From: Eledone cirrhosa
Taxonomy: Eukaryota
Assembly (NCBI GenBank): GCA_964016885.1
Contig: OZ024741.1
Location: 308,016,001 to 308,080,000, forward strand
DNA length: 64,000 nt
Direction: 5' to 3'
Shown: positions 14,270 to 27,800 of the stretch, one piece after another
Numbering within the stretch: position 1 is the stretch's first letter
Layout of the letters: every line of letters starts with the position of its first letter
The notes under the pieces: generated by a model
Told to the model about the DNA's origin: nothing
The model's database searches: none
Seen by the model: only the letters and a program-made list of their open reading frames with translations
Made by a program: the position numbers and the translations under genes

Positions 14270-14357
<88 letters not shown>

Positions 14358-14393
14358 TAAATATATATACATATATACATATATATATATATA

Positions 14394-14464
<71 letters not shown>

Positions 14465-14494
14465 AACACATAAATATATGCATATATATATATA

Positions 14495-14556
<62 letters not shown>

Positions 14557-14976
14557 TTCTTTTTGTCATTTCACTCATCTACTGAGTCAGCTCTTGTAGA
14601 CATTCTCTAGATTCTGCCAACAATACAATACACTCCGTGAACTAAAATCTGGCCAAACATTGGATGCCAGGTTCGTTGCTGACAATTGCAGTTTTCACAG
14701 TGAAATCCATGATTAATTGAAAGAGGAATGATGACAGAATGCGTCACTGTTGAACGCTGGTGGCGATGTCAAAGAAGCTAGTCTCAAATACCGAATATTA
14801 GAAACAAAAGATGTATTTAACCAAATGCATGAAATTGGTGCAAAATTAGCGAACTCTTCTCTAAAGCTATATGTATATATATAAGTATGTATATATTTAT
14901 TGATGTGAGCGTGCATATGCATGTATATATATAAGTATATGCATGTATGTATGTATGTATGTATGTATGTATGTAT

Positions 14977-15402
14977 GTCAATGGCCATCCAAAATCACAG
15001 GGAGAGATGACCTTAGCCTTTGTCAAGGCAGAATTCTAGAAGAAAACTCTGATATAACACCTGCAACCCTGATGGTATCCAATGATGTTGACCTGTTCTT
15101 CTTTTTGGTAAATATCATCTTGGTTAAGAGAGTGGGACTGGCTTTGTGCAGTGCCTTTGCTCACTATAAAAGCTTCACGGCACAGGCATTGCTTTATATC
15201 TGGAGATCTCTCTGCACTTGTCGTCACATGGTACCATGGGCCCAGCACTATGTATCAATAATTGTCACAAGTGTAATGTTTGTACCAGAATTTTCAAGTC
15301 GCTGGCTGGACTAAAAAGTCACACTCGTTCAGCGCATTGGTAGGGGTTCTCCTACATGGATATAAAGTAGTGGCCGTACTCGAAAACGAGTTGGCAGCCA
15401 CC
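14977..15402 (+). mobile_element. Bipartite RTE-derived non-autonomous retroelement, 5'-truncated, in (TATG)n
   Basis: RTE 5'UTR-like motif ctag..gaaaactctgat; C-terminal Zn-finger remnant; 3' stem-loop actcg-aaaa-cgagt and (ATGT)n tail; near-identical to 56618-57037. Confidence 0.8.
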
Positions 15403-15480
15403 ATGTATGTATGTATGTATGTATGTATGTATGTATGTATGTATGTATGTATGTATGTATGTATCTATGTATCTATGTAT

Positions 15481-16004
15481 GTCAGGTGGCTCTTCAGCGC
15501 TACTGGTAACATGTAACCCAGTACAACCTGCGCATGGTCATATCGTTGGCGACCAAACCGACAACAACACCAAGCTTGTTTGGTGAGGAGGGTGATTTTG
15601 GACACCCAGTGGGATGAAAAACAAAAACATATCAAATGGCGGAGGACTTCAGGAGAGTCAACCACCATCCAATAAAGTTTTTCTTCTTTGTGTAGCGAGA
15701 GACTCCTAGTCTTCATTAAGACATCTTTCTAGAAGGTCACGTCGTTTGGATAATGATGTAGACCAGTTCTTCTTTTGTTCAAATGCATTCGATGTTCAGA
15801 GAATGGGATTGGCTCCGTGCAAAGCTTTTCCTCACTAAAAAAGTTTCAGGTACAGGCGTCGCTTGATATGTAACATTTTCTGCAATGCATGGCATTGTTG
15901 GACATAGCCAAGTCCCCAGCAGGACTAAAAAGCCACGTCCGTGATGCTCATGCTTATGAATCAAGCGATGGCATTACTCGAAATCGAGTCGTGGTCATCA
16001 TCAT
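15481..16004 (+). mobile_element. Diverged subfamily of the bipartite RTE-derived element, with full head
   Basis: Head gtcaggt..tactggtaacatgtaacccagtacaacctg; SPAGLKSHVRDAH remnant; 3' actcg-aaat-cgagt followed by catcatcat. Confidence 0.7.
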
Positions 16005-16169
16005 TCTGTATTTATGTGTGAGTGGGGACATAAATCCTCATAGAGACAGCAGCCGGGGAAGCGTATCCCCTCACCGGGTCTGAACAGAACCGATACATGC
16101 CAGAGAGAGAGAGAGAAAGAAAGAGACTGAGTGAGAGAGAGAGAGAGTGAATGAGTGAGAGAGAGAGGG

Positions 16170-16260
<91 letters not shown>

Positions 16261-17440
16261 TGGAGAAACGAGAAAGAACTATAAAACAACAATCTACCCT
16301 AGAATTGATTGGCACTTGTTTTATCGACCTTCATATGATGACATGCGAAGTTGACCTTGGCAAGTTAGTGAACGTTCTTGAGGAAAATCCCGAGAATTTT
16401 GTTTCGCAATCATATAAGAAACGATGGACATTGCTGTTAGTGGTTGTAGTTCGTGGGTCTGGTATTGGTGACGGGGGTTGTAGTTACTGTATTTGCGGTG
16501 ATGGTGGTGGTGATGATAGTGGTGCGGATATTGGGGATGATGGTTATGGTGGATGTATTTGCGTTGATGACGGCGTTTATGTTTGTGGCGGTGGGGCATT
16601 GTTGTTGTTGGTTGTTGTAGTGCGAATATTTGAGGTTATGGCGGCGGTTGTGGTGCGAATATTTGTTTGATAACAGTGTTGGTGGAAGTGGCGCTTGTGG
16701 TTTTCGATATCGACGTTGAAATACATGCAGGCGAAGCTTGCAGCAAAATGTGATATTAATGTTGGTGAATGCAGCGATGGCAGCGACAGCGGAGGTTGTG
16801 GTGGTGGCTGTGATAATGCACGACTCTGCAGTTTATTTTTTTGCAAAAGATGAAGTGGTAGATGGGCGGATGATAGAAGTAGTTAGAAGATGGGAAAATT
16901 GAAGATGGAAGATGAGTGGGTAGACATATTAAAGGAGGTGATGTTGCTGTTGTAGTTGTTGTTGTTATTGGTGGTGGTGGTGGTGGTGGTGGTTTGGTGG
17001 TAAGAGGCTGGTGTTGGTGACGGTGGTGAACCAAATTGAGGAGTTTCGGTATGCCTGAACAAGCGAATAAGATTTCTGTTAAGGTGGAATTGGGATTTCC
17101 GCATAACAGGCTTAATTAAAAAGAGGTTACGGGATCAACTGTTTTCAATATTGTCTCATCATACGACTGAGGGAAGGGGGTTTGGTGGAGGGCAGAGGCA
17201 ATAGATTGCAATAGATTAGGAGGGTGGCGGTGGTGATGACGTTAGTGGTGGTGGTGGTGGTTGTGGTAATGATGGTGGTGGTGGTGGTAGTGGTGGGGTA
17301 GTACTAATACTGGTGAGGCTGGTGAGAAATGGTGGAAAGCCTGTAGTTATTTGGAACTTAAGTCTCTTTGTCTGTCTACATGACCTGTCTATCTGTATCT
17401 CCGTCTGTCTCCCTGTCACCAGAATCTCCTCCCACCCGGC

Positions 17441-17497
<57 letters not shown>

Positions 17498-17565
17498 CGC
17501 TCGCTCTATCACTGTCATTATGTATGAGCATTTTATTTATGTATGTCATATATATATATACACAT

Positions 17566-17679
<114 letters not shown>

Positions 17680-17860
17680 CATGTTTAATTAGCGATAACA
17701 CTAAGACAGATTTTAGGCATAGTAGAGTTGTGTATGTGAAAACAGACATATATATATATAATACGTTTATATATAAGAAACATATGGGTAACCTCGGTGC
17801 TGCAAACAAAAAAAAAATTTTTTTCTCTATTTTCCTTGGTTAATATATCACAAAATTGCC

Positions 17861-17939
17861 AGTATGTTCTGAGAATGTCAGACAGCGCTGTTTCAAGATT
17901 TCTTAATCTTTCATCAGTGATACTCACTCAGAACATACT
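17861..17939 (-). ncRNA. Intact type I hammerhead ribozyme
   Basis: Minus strand: agtatgttctgag-tgagta-tca-CTGATGA-aagatt aaga aatctt-GAAAC agcgct GTC-tga-catt-ctcagaacatact; all three stems pair; predicted cut between 17881 and 17880. Confidence 0.9.
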
Positions 17940-18165
17940 ACCATGAAATAAACTACGGTGTATAAAGAATTTTGCGTGAGGAAGTCTTGTTGGAGGTGCT
18001 CATTTGCATGTAGAAAATAGGAAACATCGGCTGGAAATGGTCATTTGCATACAGTCGTAGCACTAAGAAATGGTCATTTGCACACAGTCGTAGCACTAAG
18101 GCAGCGTTTAAGTATAATTGCCGTATATAAGAGATAGATAGATAGATTATATACATAGATAGGTA

Positions 18166-18727
18166 TGTTTCTTTATTAGTCACAGGAGCACACAGGAAGG
18201 GGACAAATACAAAGGGGGAAGTTTACATACAATAAAAACGTGTAAAATACTATCACAAATGCAATTTAAAAATTAATCGATTTACCCCAATAGGGGGAGA
18301 CATTTCATATGGGTAACACATACCCCCGAAAAAATGTGCAACCCTCATCTCCAGGAGTACGGGGAGTTTGTACCCCTTTCCTCTCTTCCTCTTTTTCCTG
18401 AACCTACAGGCTGATATAGAGAGAAGGCCCATTCACTCGGGCCATTCTCCCCACTTTCACCCACCGTTCATAAAACTTGCTGGGTACAGCACCACTCTCT
18501 CCATCCTGATTCTTCTTCCAAAGTGGTATTTGAAAAAAAGAATCAGTTGTTGGCCAGAGAGAAAGGTGTCTGACCTCAGCCATTTTGACCTCGTCAACCA
18601 TACAACCTCGTTCGCCATAGCTATCACACAAAGGAAAACCGCCTGTCCTTCGTTTTTTGAAGGAGGGTGGCCGTTTGATCACAACAATGGACTCAGTGGT
18701 CACCCGGATTGGTCCCACCCACGACAA
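18166..18727 (-). mobile_element. Tx1/L1-clade LINE 3' fragment in (GATA)n
   Basis: Frameshifted C-terminus AVFLCVIAMANEVVWLTR..FKYHFGRRIRMER..FYERWVKVGRMARVNG, 3'UTR ending AATAAAG; GATA repeats at 18132-18162 and 18727-18744. Confidence 0.7.
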
Positions 18728-18884
18728 TAGATAGATAGATAGATACGGGCACACTCATACATTTGTAGTTGCGTATTATGATGTGGAGATCCTTTCATTC
18801 CAAAATTATTTGCGACACTATCTTGATGTATCAGAAATTATGGAAACACTGTATGAGACTGCAGATTGCAATGCTATGATGTTT

Positions 18885-21800
18885 TGTAGTGTGGTATGTT
18901 GTGATGTAGTGTGGTATTGTGTGGTATGGTGTGGTGTGATGTAGTGTGGTATGGCGTGATGTAGTGTGGTATGGTGTGATGTAGTGTGGTATGGTGTGAT
19001 GTAGTGTGGTATGGTGTGGTGTAGTGTGGTATGGTGTGATGTAGTGTGGTATGGTGTGGTGTAGTGTGGTATGGTGTGATGTAGTGTGGTATGGTGTGAT
19101 GTAGTGTGGGATGGTATGGTGTAGTGTGGTATGGTGTGATGTAGTGTGGTATGGTGTGATGTAGTGTGGTATGGTGTGGTATGGTGTGGTGTGATGTAGT
19201 GTTGTATGATGTGATGTAGTGTGGTATGGTGTGGTGTAGTGTGGTGTGATGTAGTGTGGTATGGTGTGATGTAGTGTGGTATGGTGTGATGTAGTGTGGT
19301 ATGGTGTGATGTAGTGTGGTATGGTGTGATGTAGTGTGGTATGGTGTGATGTAGTGTGGTATGGTGTGATGTAGTGTGGTATGGTGTGATGTAGTGTGGT
19401 ATGGTGTGATGTAGTGTGGTATGGTGTGGTGTAGTGTGGTATGGTGTGGTGTAGTGTGGTATGGTGTGATGTAGTGTGGTATGGTGTGATGTAGTGTGGT
19501 ATGGTGTGATGTAGTGTGGTATGGTGTGATGTAGTGTGGTATGGTGTGATGTAGTGTGGTATGGTGTGGTGTGGAATGGTGTGGTGTGATGTAGTGTGGT
19601 ATGGTGTGATGTAGTGTGGTATGGTGTGATGTAGTATGGTATGGTGTGATGTAGTGTGGTATGGTGTGATGTAGTGTGGTATGGTGTGGTGTAGTGTGGT
19701 ATGGTGTGATGTAGTGTGGTATGGTGTGGTGTAGTGTGGTATGGTGTGATATAGTGTGGTATGGTGTGGTGTAGTGTGGTATGGTGTGGTGTAGTGTGGT
19801 ATGGTGTGATGTAGTGTGGGATAGTGTGGTGTGGAATGGTGTGGTGTGATGTAGTGTGGTTTGCTGTGATGTAGCGTGGTATGGTGTGGTGTAGTGTGGT
19901 ATGGTGTGGTGTAGTGTGGTATGGTGTGATGTAGTGTGGTATGGTGTGATGTAGTGTGGTATGGTGTGATGTAGTGTGGTATGGTGTGATGTAGTGTGGT
20001 ATGGTGTGATGTAGTGTGGTATGGTGTGATGTAGTGTGGTATGGTGTGATGTAGTGTGGTATGGTGTGGTGTAGTGTGGTATGGTGTGATGTAGTGTGGC
20101 AGTGGTGTGGTGTAGTGTGGTATGGTGTGATGTAGTGTGGCAGTGGTGTGGTGTAGTATGGTATGGTGTGGTGTAGTGTGGTATGATGTGATGTAGTGTG
20201 GTATGGTGTGATGTAGTGTGGTATGGTGTGATGTAGTGTGGTATGGTGTGGTGTAGTGTGGTATGATGTGATGTAGTGTGGCAGTGGTGTGGTGTAGTGT
20301 GGTATGGTGTGATGTAGTGTGGCAGTGGTGTGGTGTAGTGTGGTATGGTGTGATGTAGTGTGGTATGGTGTGATATCGTGTGGTATGGTGTGATGTAGTG
20401 TGGTATGGTGTGATGTAGTGTGGTATGGTGAGGTGTAGCGTGGTATGGTGTGATATAGTGTGGTATGGTGTGATGTAATGTGGTATGGTGTGATGTAGTG
20501 TGGTATGGTGTGATGTAGTGTGGTATGGTGTGATGTAGTGTGGTATGGTGTGATGTAGTGTGGTAGGGTGTGATGTAGTGTGGTATGGTGTGATGTAGTG
20601 TGGTATGGTGTGGTGTAGTGTGGTATGGTGTGATGTAGTGTGGGATGGTGTGGTGTGGAATGGTGTGGTGTGATGTAGTGTGGTTTGCTGTGTTGTAGTG
20701 TGGTATGGTGTGGTATGGTGTGGTGTGATGTAGTGTGGTATGGTGTGATGTAGTGTGGTATGATGTGGTGTAGTGTGGTGTAGTGTGGTATGGTGTGTTG
20801 TAGTGTGGTTTGCTGTGGTGTAGTGCGGTATGGTGTGATGTAGTGTGGTATGGTGTGGTATGATGTGGTGTGATGTAGTGTGGTATGGTGTGATGTAGTG
20901 TGGTATCGTGTGGTATGTTGTGGTGTGATATAGTGTGGTATGGTGTGGTATGGTGTGGTGTGATGTAGTGTGGTATGGTGTGATGTAGTGTGGTATGGTG
21001 TGGTATGGTGTGGTGTGATGTAGTGTGGTATGTTGCGATGTAGTGTGGTATGGTGTGGTATGGTGTGGTGTGATGTAGTGTGGTATGGTGTGGTATGGTG
21101 TGGTGTGTTGTAGTGTGGTATGGTGTGATGTAGTGTGGTATGGTGTGGTATGGTGTGGTGTGATGTAGTGTGGTATGGTGTGATGTAGTGTGGTATGGTG
21201 TGATGTAGTGTGGTATGGTGTGGTGTGGAGTGGTGTGATGTAGTGTGGTATGGTGTGATGTAGTGTGGTATGGTGTGATGTAGTGTGGTATGGTGTGATG
21301 TAGTGTGGCATGATGTGATGTAGTATGGTATGCTGTGATGTAGTGTGGTATGGTGTGGTGGAGTGTGGTATGATGTGATGTAGTATGGTATGGTGTGATG
21401 TAGTGTGGTATGGTGTGATGTAGTGTGGTATGGTGTGGTGTAGTGTGGTATGGTGTGATGTAGTGTGGTATGGTGTGATGTAGTGTGGTATGGTGTGATG
21501 TAGTGTGGTATGGTGTGATGTAGTGTGGTATGGTGTGATGTAGTGTGGTATGGTGTGATGTAGTGTGGTATAGTGTGATATAGTGTGCTATGGTGTGATG
21601 TAGTGTGGTATGGTGTGATATAGTGTGGTATGGTGTGATGTAGTGTGGTATGATGTGATGTAGTATGGTATGGTGTGATGTAGTGTGGTATGCTGTGATG
21701 TAGTGTGGTATGGTGTGATGTAGTGTGGTATGGTGTGATGTAGTGTTGTATGGTGTGATGTAGTGTGGTATGGTGTGGTGAAGTGTGGTATGGCGTGATG

Positions 21801-24800
21801 TAGTGTGGTATGGTGTGGTGTAGTGTGGTATGGTGTGGCGTAGTGTGGTATGATGTGGTGTAGTGTGGTATGCTGTGATGTAGTGTGGTATGGTGTGATA
21901 TCGTGTGGTATGGTGTGATGTAGTGTGGTATGGTGTGATGTAGTGTGGTATGGTGAGCTGTAGTGTGGTATGGTGTGATGTAGTGTGGTATGGTGTGATA
22001 TAGTGTGGTATGGTGTGATGTAGTGTGGTATGGTGTGATGTAGTGTGGTATGGTGTGATGTAGTGTGGTATGGTGTGATGTAGTGTGGTATGGTGTGATA
22101 TAGTGTGGTATGGTGTGATGTAGTGTGGTATGGTGTGATGTAGTGTGGTATGATGTGATGTAGTGTGGCAGTGGTGTGGTGTAGTGTGGTATGGTGTGGT
22201 GTAGTGTGGTATGGTGTGATGTAGTGTGGTATGGTGTGATGTAGTGTGGTATGGTGTGATATCGTGTGGTATGGTGTGATGTAGTGTGGTATGGTGTGAT
22301 GTAGTGTGGCAGTGGTGTGGTGTAGTGTGGTATGGTGTGATGTAGTGTGGTATGGTGTGATGTAGTGTGGTATGGTGTGATGTAGTGTGGTATGGTGTGA
22401 TATCGTGTGGTATGGTGTGATGTAGTGTGGTATGGTGTGATGTAGTGTGGTATGGTGTGGTGTAGTGTGGTATGGTGTGGTGTAGTGTGGTATGGTGTGA
22501 TATAGTGTGGTATGGTGTGATGTAGTGTGGTATGGTGTGATGTAGTGTGGTATGGTGTGATGTAGTGTGGTATGGTGTGGTGTAGTGTGGTATGGTGTGA
22601 TGTAGTGTGGGATGGTGTGGTGTGGAATGGTGTGGTGTGATGTAGTGTGGTTTGCTGTGTTGTAGTGTGGTATGGTGTGGTATAGTGTGGTGTGATGTAG
22701 TGTGGCATGGTGTGATGTAGTGTGGTATGATGTGGTGTAGTGTGATGTAGTGTGGTATGGTGTGTTGTAGTGTGGTTTGCTGTGGTGTAGTGTGGTATGG
22801 TGTGATGTAGTGTGGTATGGTGTGGTATGATGTGGTGTGATGTAGTGTGGTATGGTGTGATGTAGTGTGGTATCGTGTGGTATGTTGTGGTGTGATGTAG
22901 TGTGGTATGGTGTGGTATGGTGTGGTGTGATGTAGTGTGGTATGGTGTGATGTAGTGTGGTATGGTGTGGTATGGTGTGGTGTGATGTAGTGTGGTATGT
23001 TGCGATGTAGTGTGGTATGGTGTGGTATGGTGTGGTGTGATGTAGTGTGGTATGGTGTGGTATGGTGTGGTATGTTGTAGTGTGGTATGGTGTGATGTAG
23101 TGTGGTATGGTGTGGTATGGTGTGGTGTGATGTAGTGTGGTATGGTGTGATGTAGTGTGGTATGGTGTGATGTAGTGTGGTATGGTGTGGTATGGTGTGG
23201 TGTGATGTAGTGTGGTATGGTGTGATGTAGTGTGGTATGGTGTGATGTAGTGTGGTATGGTGTGATGTAGTGTAGCATGATGTGATGTAGTATGGTATGC
23301 TGTGATGTAGTGTGGTATGTTGTGGTGTAGTGTGGTATGATGTGATGTAGTATGGTATGGTGTGATGTAGTGTGGTATAGTGTGGTGTAGTGTGGTATGG
23401 TGTGGTGTAGTGTGGTATGGTTTGATGTAGTGTGGTATGGTGTGGTGTAGTGTGGTATGGTGTGGTGTAGTGTGGTATGGTGTGATGTAGTGTGGTATGG
23501 TGTGGTGTAGTGTGGTATGGTGTGGTGTAGTGTGGTATGGTGTGATGTAGTGTGGTATGGTGTGATGTAGTGTGGTATGGTGTGGTGTAGTGTGGTATGG
23601 TGTGATGTAGTGTGGTATGATGTGATGTAGTGTGGTATGGTGTGATGTAGTGTGGTATGGTGTGGTGTAGTGTGGTATGGTGTGGTGTAGTGTGGTATGA
23701 TGTGATGTAGTGTGGTATGGTGTGATGTAGTGTGGTATGGTGTGGTGTAGTGTGTTATGGTGTGGTGTAGTGTGGTATGGTGTGATGTAGTGTGGTATGG
23801 TGTGATGTAGTGTGGTATGGTGTGATGTAGTGTGGTATGGTGTGATATCGTGTGGTATGGTGTGATGTAGTGTGGTATGGTGTGATGTAGTGTGGTATGG
23901 TGTGGTGTAGTGTGGTATGGTGTGGTGTAGTGTGGTATGGTGTGATATAGTGTGGTATGGTGTGATGTAGTGTGGTATGGTGTGATGTAGTGTGCTATGG
24001 TGTGATGTAGTGTGGCATGGTGTGGTGTAGTGTGGTATGGTGTGATGTAGTGTGGGATGGTGTGGTGTGGAATGGTGTGGTGTGATGTAGTGTGGTTTGC
24101 TGTGTTGTAGTGTGGTATGGTGTGGTATAGTGTGGTGTGATGTAGTGTGGCATGGTGTGATGTAGTGTGGTATGATGTGGTGTAGTGTGATGTAGTGTGG
24201 TATGGTGTGTTGTAGTGTGGTTTGCTGTGGTGTAGTGTGGTATGGTGTGATGTAGTGTGGTATGGTGTGGTATGATGTGGTGTGATGTAGTGTGGTATGG
24301 TGTGATGTAGTGTGGTATCGTGTGGTATGTTGTGGTGTGATGTAGTGTGGTATGGTGTGGTATGGTGTGGTGTGATGTAGTGTGGTATGGTGTGATGTAG
24401 TGTGGTATGGTGTGGTATGGTGTGGTGTGATGTAGTGTGGTATGTTGCGATGTAGTGTGGTATGGTGTGGTATGGTGTGGTGTGATGTAGTGTGGTATGG
24501 TGTGGTATGGTGTGGTGTGTTGTAGTGTGGTATGGTGTGATGTAGTGTGGTATGGTGTGGTATGGTGTGGTGTGATGTAGTGTGGTATGGTGTGATGTAG
24601 TGTGGTATGGTGTGATGTAGTGTGGTATGGTGTGGTATGGTGTGGTGTGATGTAGTGTGGTATGGTGTGATGTAGTGTGGTATGGTGTGATGTAGTGTGG
24701 TATGGTGTGATGTAGTGTAGCATGATGTGATGTAGTATGGTATGCTGTGATGTAGTGTGGTATGTTGTGGTGTAGTGTGGTATGATGTGATGTAGTATGG

Positions 24801-27800
24801 TATGGTGTGATGTAGTGTGGTAAAGTGTGGTGTAGTGTGGTATGGTGTGGTGTAGTGTGGTATGGTGTGATGTAGTGTGGTATGGTGTGGTGTAGTGTGG
24901 TATGGTGTGGTGTAGTGTGGTATGGTGTGATGTAGTGTGGTATGGTGTGGTGTAGTGTGGTATGGTGTGGTGTAGTGTGGTATGGTGTGATGTAGTGTGG
25001 TATGGTGTGATGTAGTGTGGTATGGTGTGGTGTAGTGTGGTATGGTGTGATGTAGTGTGGTATGATGTGATGTAGTGTGGTATGGTGTGATGTAGTGTGG
25101 TATGGTGTGGTGTAGTGTGGTATGGTGTGGTGTAGTGTGGTATGATGTGATGTAGTGTGGTATGGTGTGATGTAGTGTGGTATGGTGTGGTGTAGTGTGT
25201 TATGGTGTGGTGTAGTGTGGTATGGTGTGATGTAGTGTGGTATGGTGTGATGTAGTGTGGTATGGTGTGGTGTAGTGTGGTATGTTGTGGTGTAGTGTGG
25301 TATGATGTGATGTAGTGTGGTATGGTGTGATGTAGTGTGGTATGGTGTGGTGTAGTGTGGTATGGTGTGGTGTAGTGTGGTATGGTGTGATGTAGTGTGG
25401 TATGGTGTGATGTAGTGTGGTATGGTGTGGTGTAGTGTGGTATGGTGTGATGTAGTGTGGTATGGTGTGATGTAGTGTGGTATGGTGTGATGTAGTGTGG
25501 TATGGTGTGATGTAGTGTGGTATGGTGTGATGTAGTGTGGTATGGTGTGATGTAGTGTGGTATAGTGTGATGTAGTGTGGTATTGTGTGATGTAGTGTGG
25601 TATGGTGTGATATAGTGTGGTATGGTGTGATGTAGTGTAGTATGATGTGATGTAGTATGGTATGGTGTGATGTAGTGTGGTATGGTGTGGTGTAGTGTGG
25701 CATGGTGTGATGTAGTGTGGTATGGTGTATGTAGTGTGGTAGTGGTGTGATGTAGTGTGGTATGGTGTGATGTAGTGTGGTATGGTGTGATGTAGTGTGG
25801 TATGGTGTGGTGTAGTGTGGCATGGTGTGATGTAGTGTGGTATGGTGTATGTAGTGTGGTAGTGGTGTGATGTAGTGTGGTATGGTGTGATGTAGTGTGG
25901 TATGGTGTGATGTAGTGTGGTATGGTGTGGTGTAGTGTGGTATGGTGTGGTGTAGTGTGGTATGGTGTGGTGTAGTGTGGTATGGTGTGATGTAGTGTGG
26001 TATGGTGTGATGTAGTGTGGTATGGTGTGGTATGGTGTGGTGTGTTGTAGTGTGGTATGGTGTGATGTAGTGTGGTATGGTGTGGTATGGTGTGGTGTGG
26101 TGTAGTGTGGTATGGTGTGGTGTAGTGTGGTATGGTGTGATGTATTGTGGTATGGTGTGGTGTAGTGTGGTATGGTGTGATGTAGTGTGGTATGGTGTGG
26201 TGTAGTGTGGTATGGTGTGATGTAGTGTGGTATGGTGTGGTGTAGTGTGGTATGGTGTGATGTAGTGTGGTATGGTGTGGTGTAGTGTGGTATGGTGTGA
26301 TGTAGTGTGGTATGGTGTGATGTAGTGTGGTATGGTGTGATGTAGTGTGGTATGGTGTGGTATGGTGTGGTATGGTGTGGTGTGTTGTAGTGTGGTATGG
26401 TGTGATGTAGTGTGGTATGGTGTGGTATGGTGTGGTGTGATGTAGTGTGGTGTGGTGTGATGTAGTGTGGTGTGGTGTGATGTAGTGTGGTATGGTGTGG
26501 TATGGTGTGCTGTGATGTAGTGTGGTATGGTGTGATGTAGTGTGGTGTGGTGTGATGTAGTGTGGTATGGTGTGATGTAGTGTGGTATGATGTGATGTAG
26601 TATGGTATGCTGTGATGTAGTGTGGTATGGTGTGGTGTAGTGTGGTATGGTGTGATGTAGTGTGGTATGGTGTGATATAGTGTGGTATGGTGTGTTGTAG
26701 TGTGGCAGTGGTGTGATGTAGTGTGGTATGGTGTGATGTAGTGTGGTATGATGTGATGTAGTATGGCATGTTGTGATGTAGTATGGTATGGTGTGATGTA
26801 GTATGTTATGGTGTGGTGTAGTGTGGTATGGTGTGAAGTAGTATGGTATGGTGTGATGTAGTGTGGTATGCTGTGATGTAGTGTGGTATGGTGTGATGTA
26901 GTGTGGTATGGTGTGATGTAGTGTGGTATGGTGTGATGTAGTGTGGTATGGTGTGATGTAGTGTGGTATGGTGTGATGTAGTGTGGTATGGTGTGATGTA
27001 GTGTGGTATGGTGTGATGTAGTGTGGTATGGTGTGGTGTAGTGTGGTATGGTGTGATGTAGTGTGGTATGGTGTGGTGTAGTGTGGTATGGTGTGGCGCA
27101 GTGTGGTATGATGTGGTGTAGTGTGGTATGGTGTGGTGTAGTGTGGTATGGTGTGATGTAGTGTGGTATGATGTGATGTAGTATCGTATGGTGTGATGTA
27201 GTGTGGTATGGTATGATGTAGTGTGGTATGGTGTGATGTAGTGTGGTATGGTGTGATGTAGTGTGGTATGGTGTGGTGTAGTGTGGTATGATGTGGTGTA
27301 GTGTGGTATGGTGTGGTGTAGTGTGGTATGGTGTGATGTAGTGTGGTATGGTGTGGTATGGTGTGGTGTGATGTAGTGTGGTATGGTGTGGTGTAGTGTG
27401 GTATGGTGTGATGTAGTGTGGTATGATGTGATGTAGTATGGTATGGTGTGATGTAGTGTGGTATGGTATGATGTAGTGTGGTATGGTGTGATGTAGTTTG
27501 GTATGGTGTGATGTAGTGTGGTATGATGTGGTGCAGTGTGGTATGGTGTGGTGTAGTGTGGTATGGTGTGATGTAGTGTGGTATGGTGTGATGTAGTGTG
27601 GTATGATGTGGTGTAGTGCGGTATGGTGTGATGTAGTGTGGCAGTGGTGTGATGTAGTGTGGTATGGTGTGGTGTAGTGTGGTATGGTGTGATGTAGTGT
27701 GGTATGGTGTGGTGTAGTGTGGTATGGTGTGGTGTAGTGTGGTATGGTGTGATGTAGTGTGGTATGGTGTGGTGTAGTGTGGTATGGTCTGATGTAGTGT

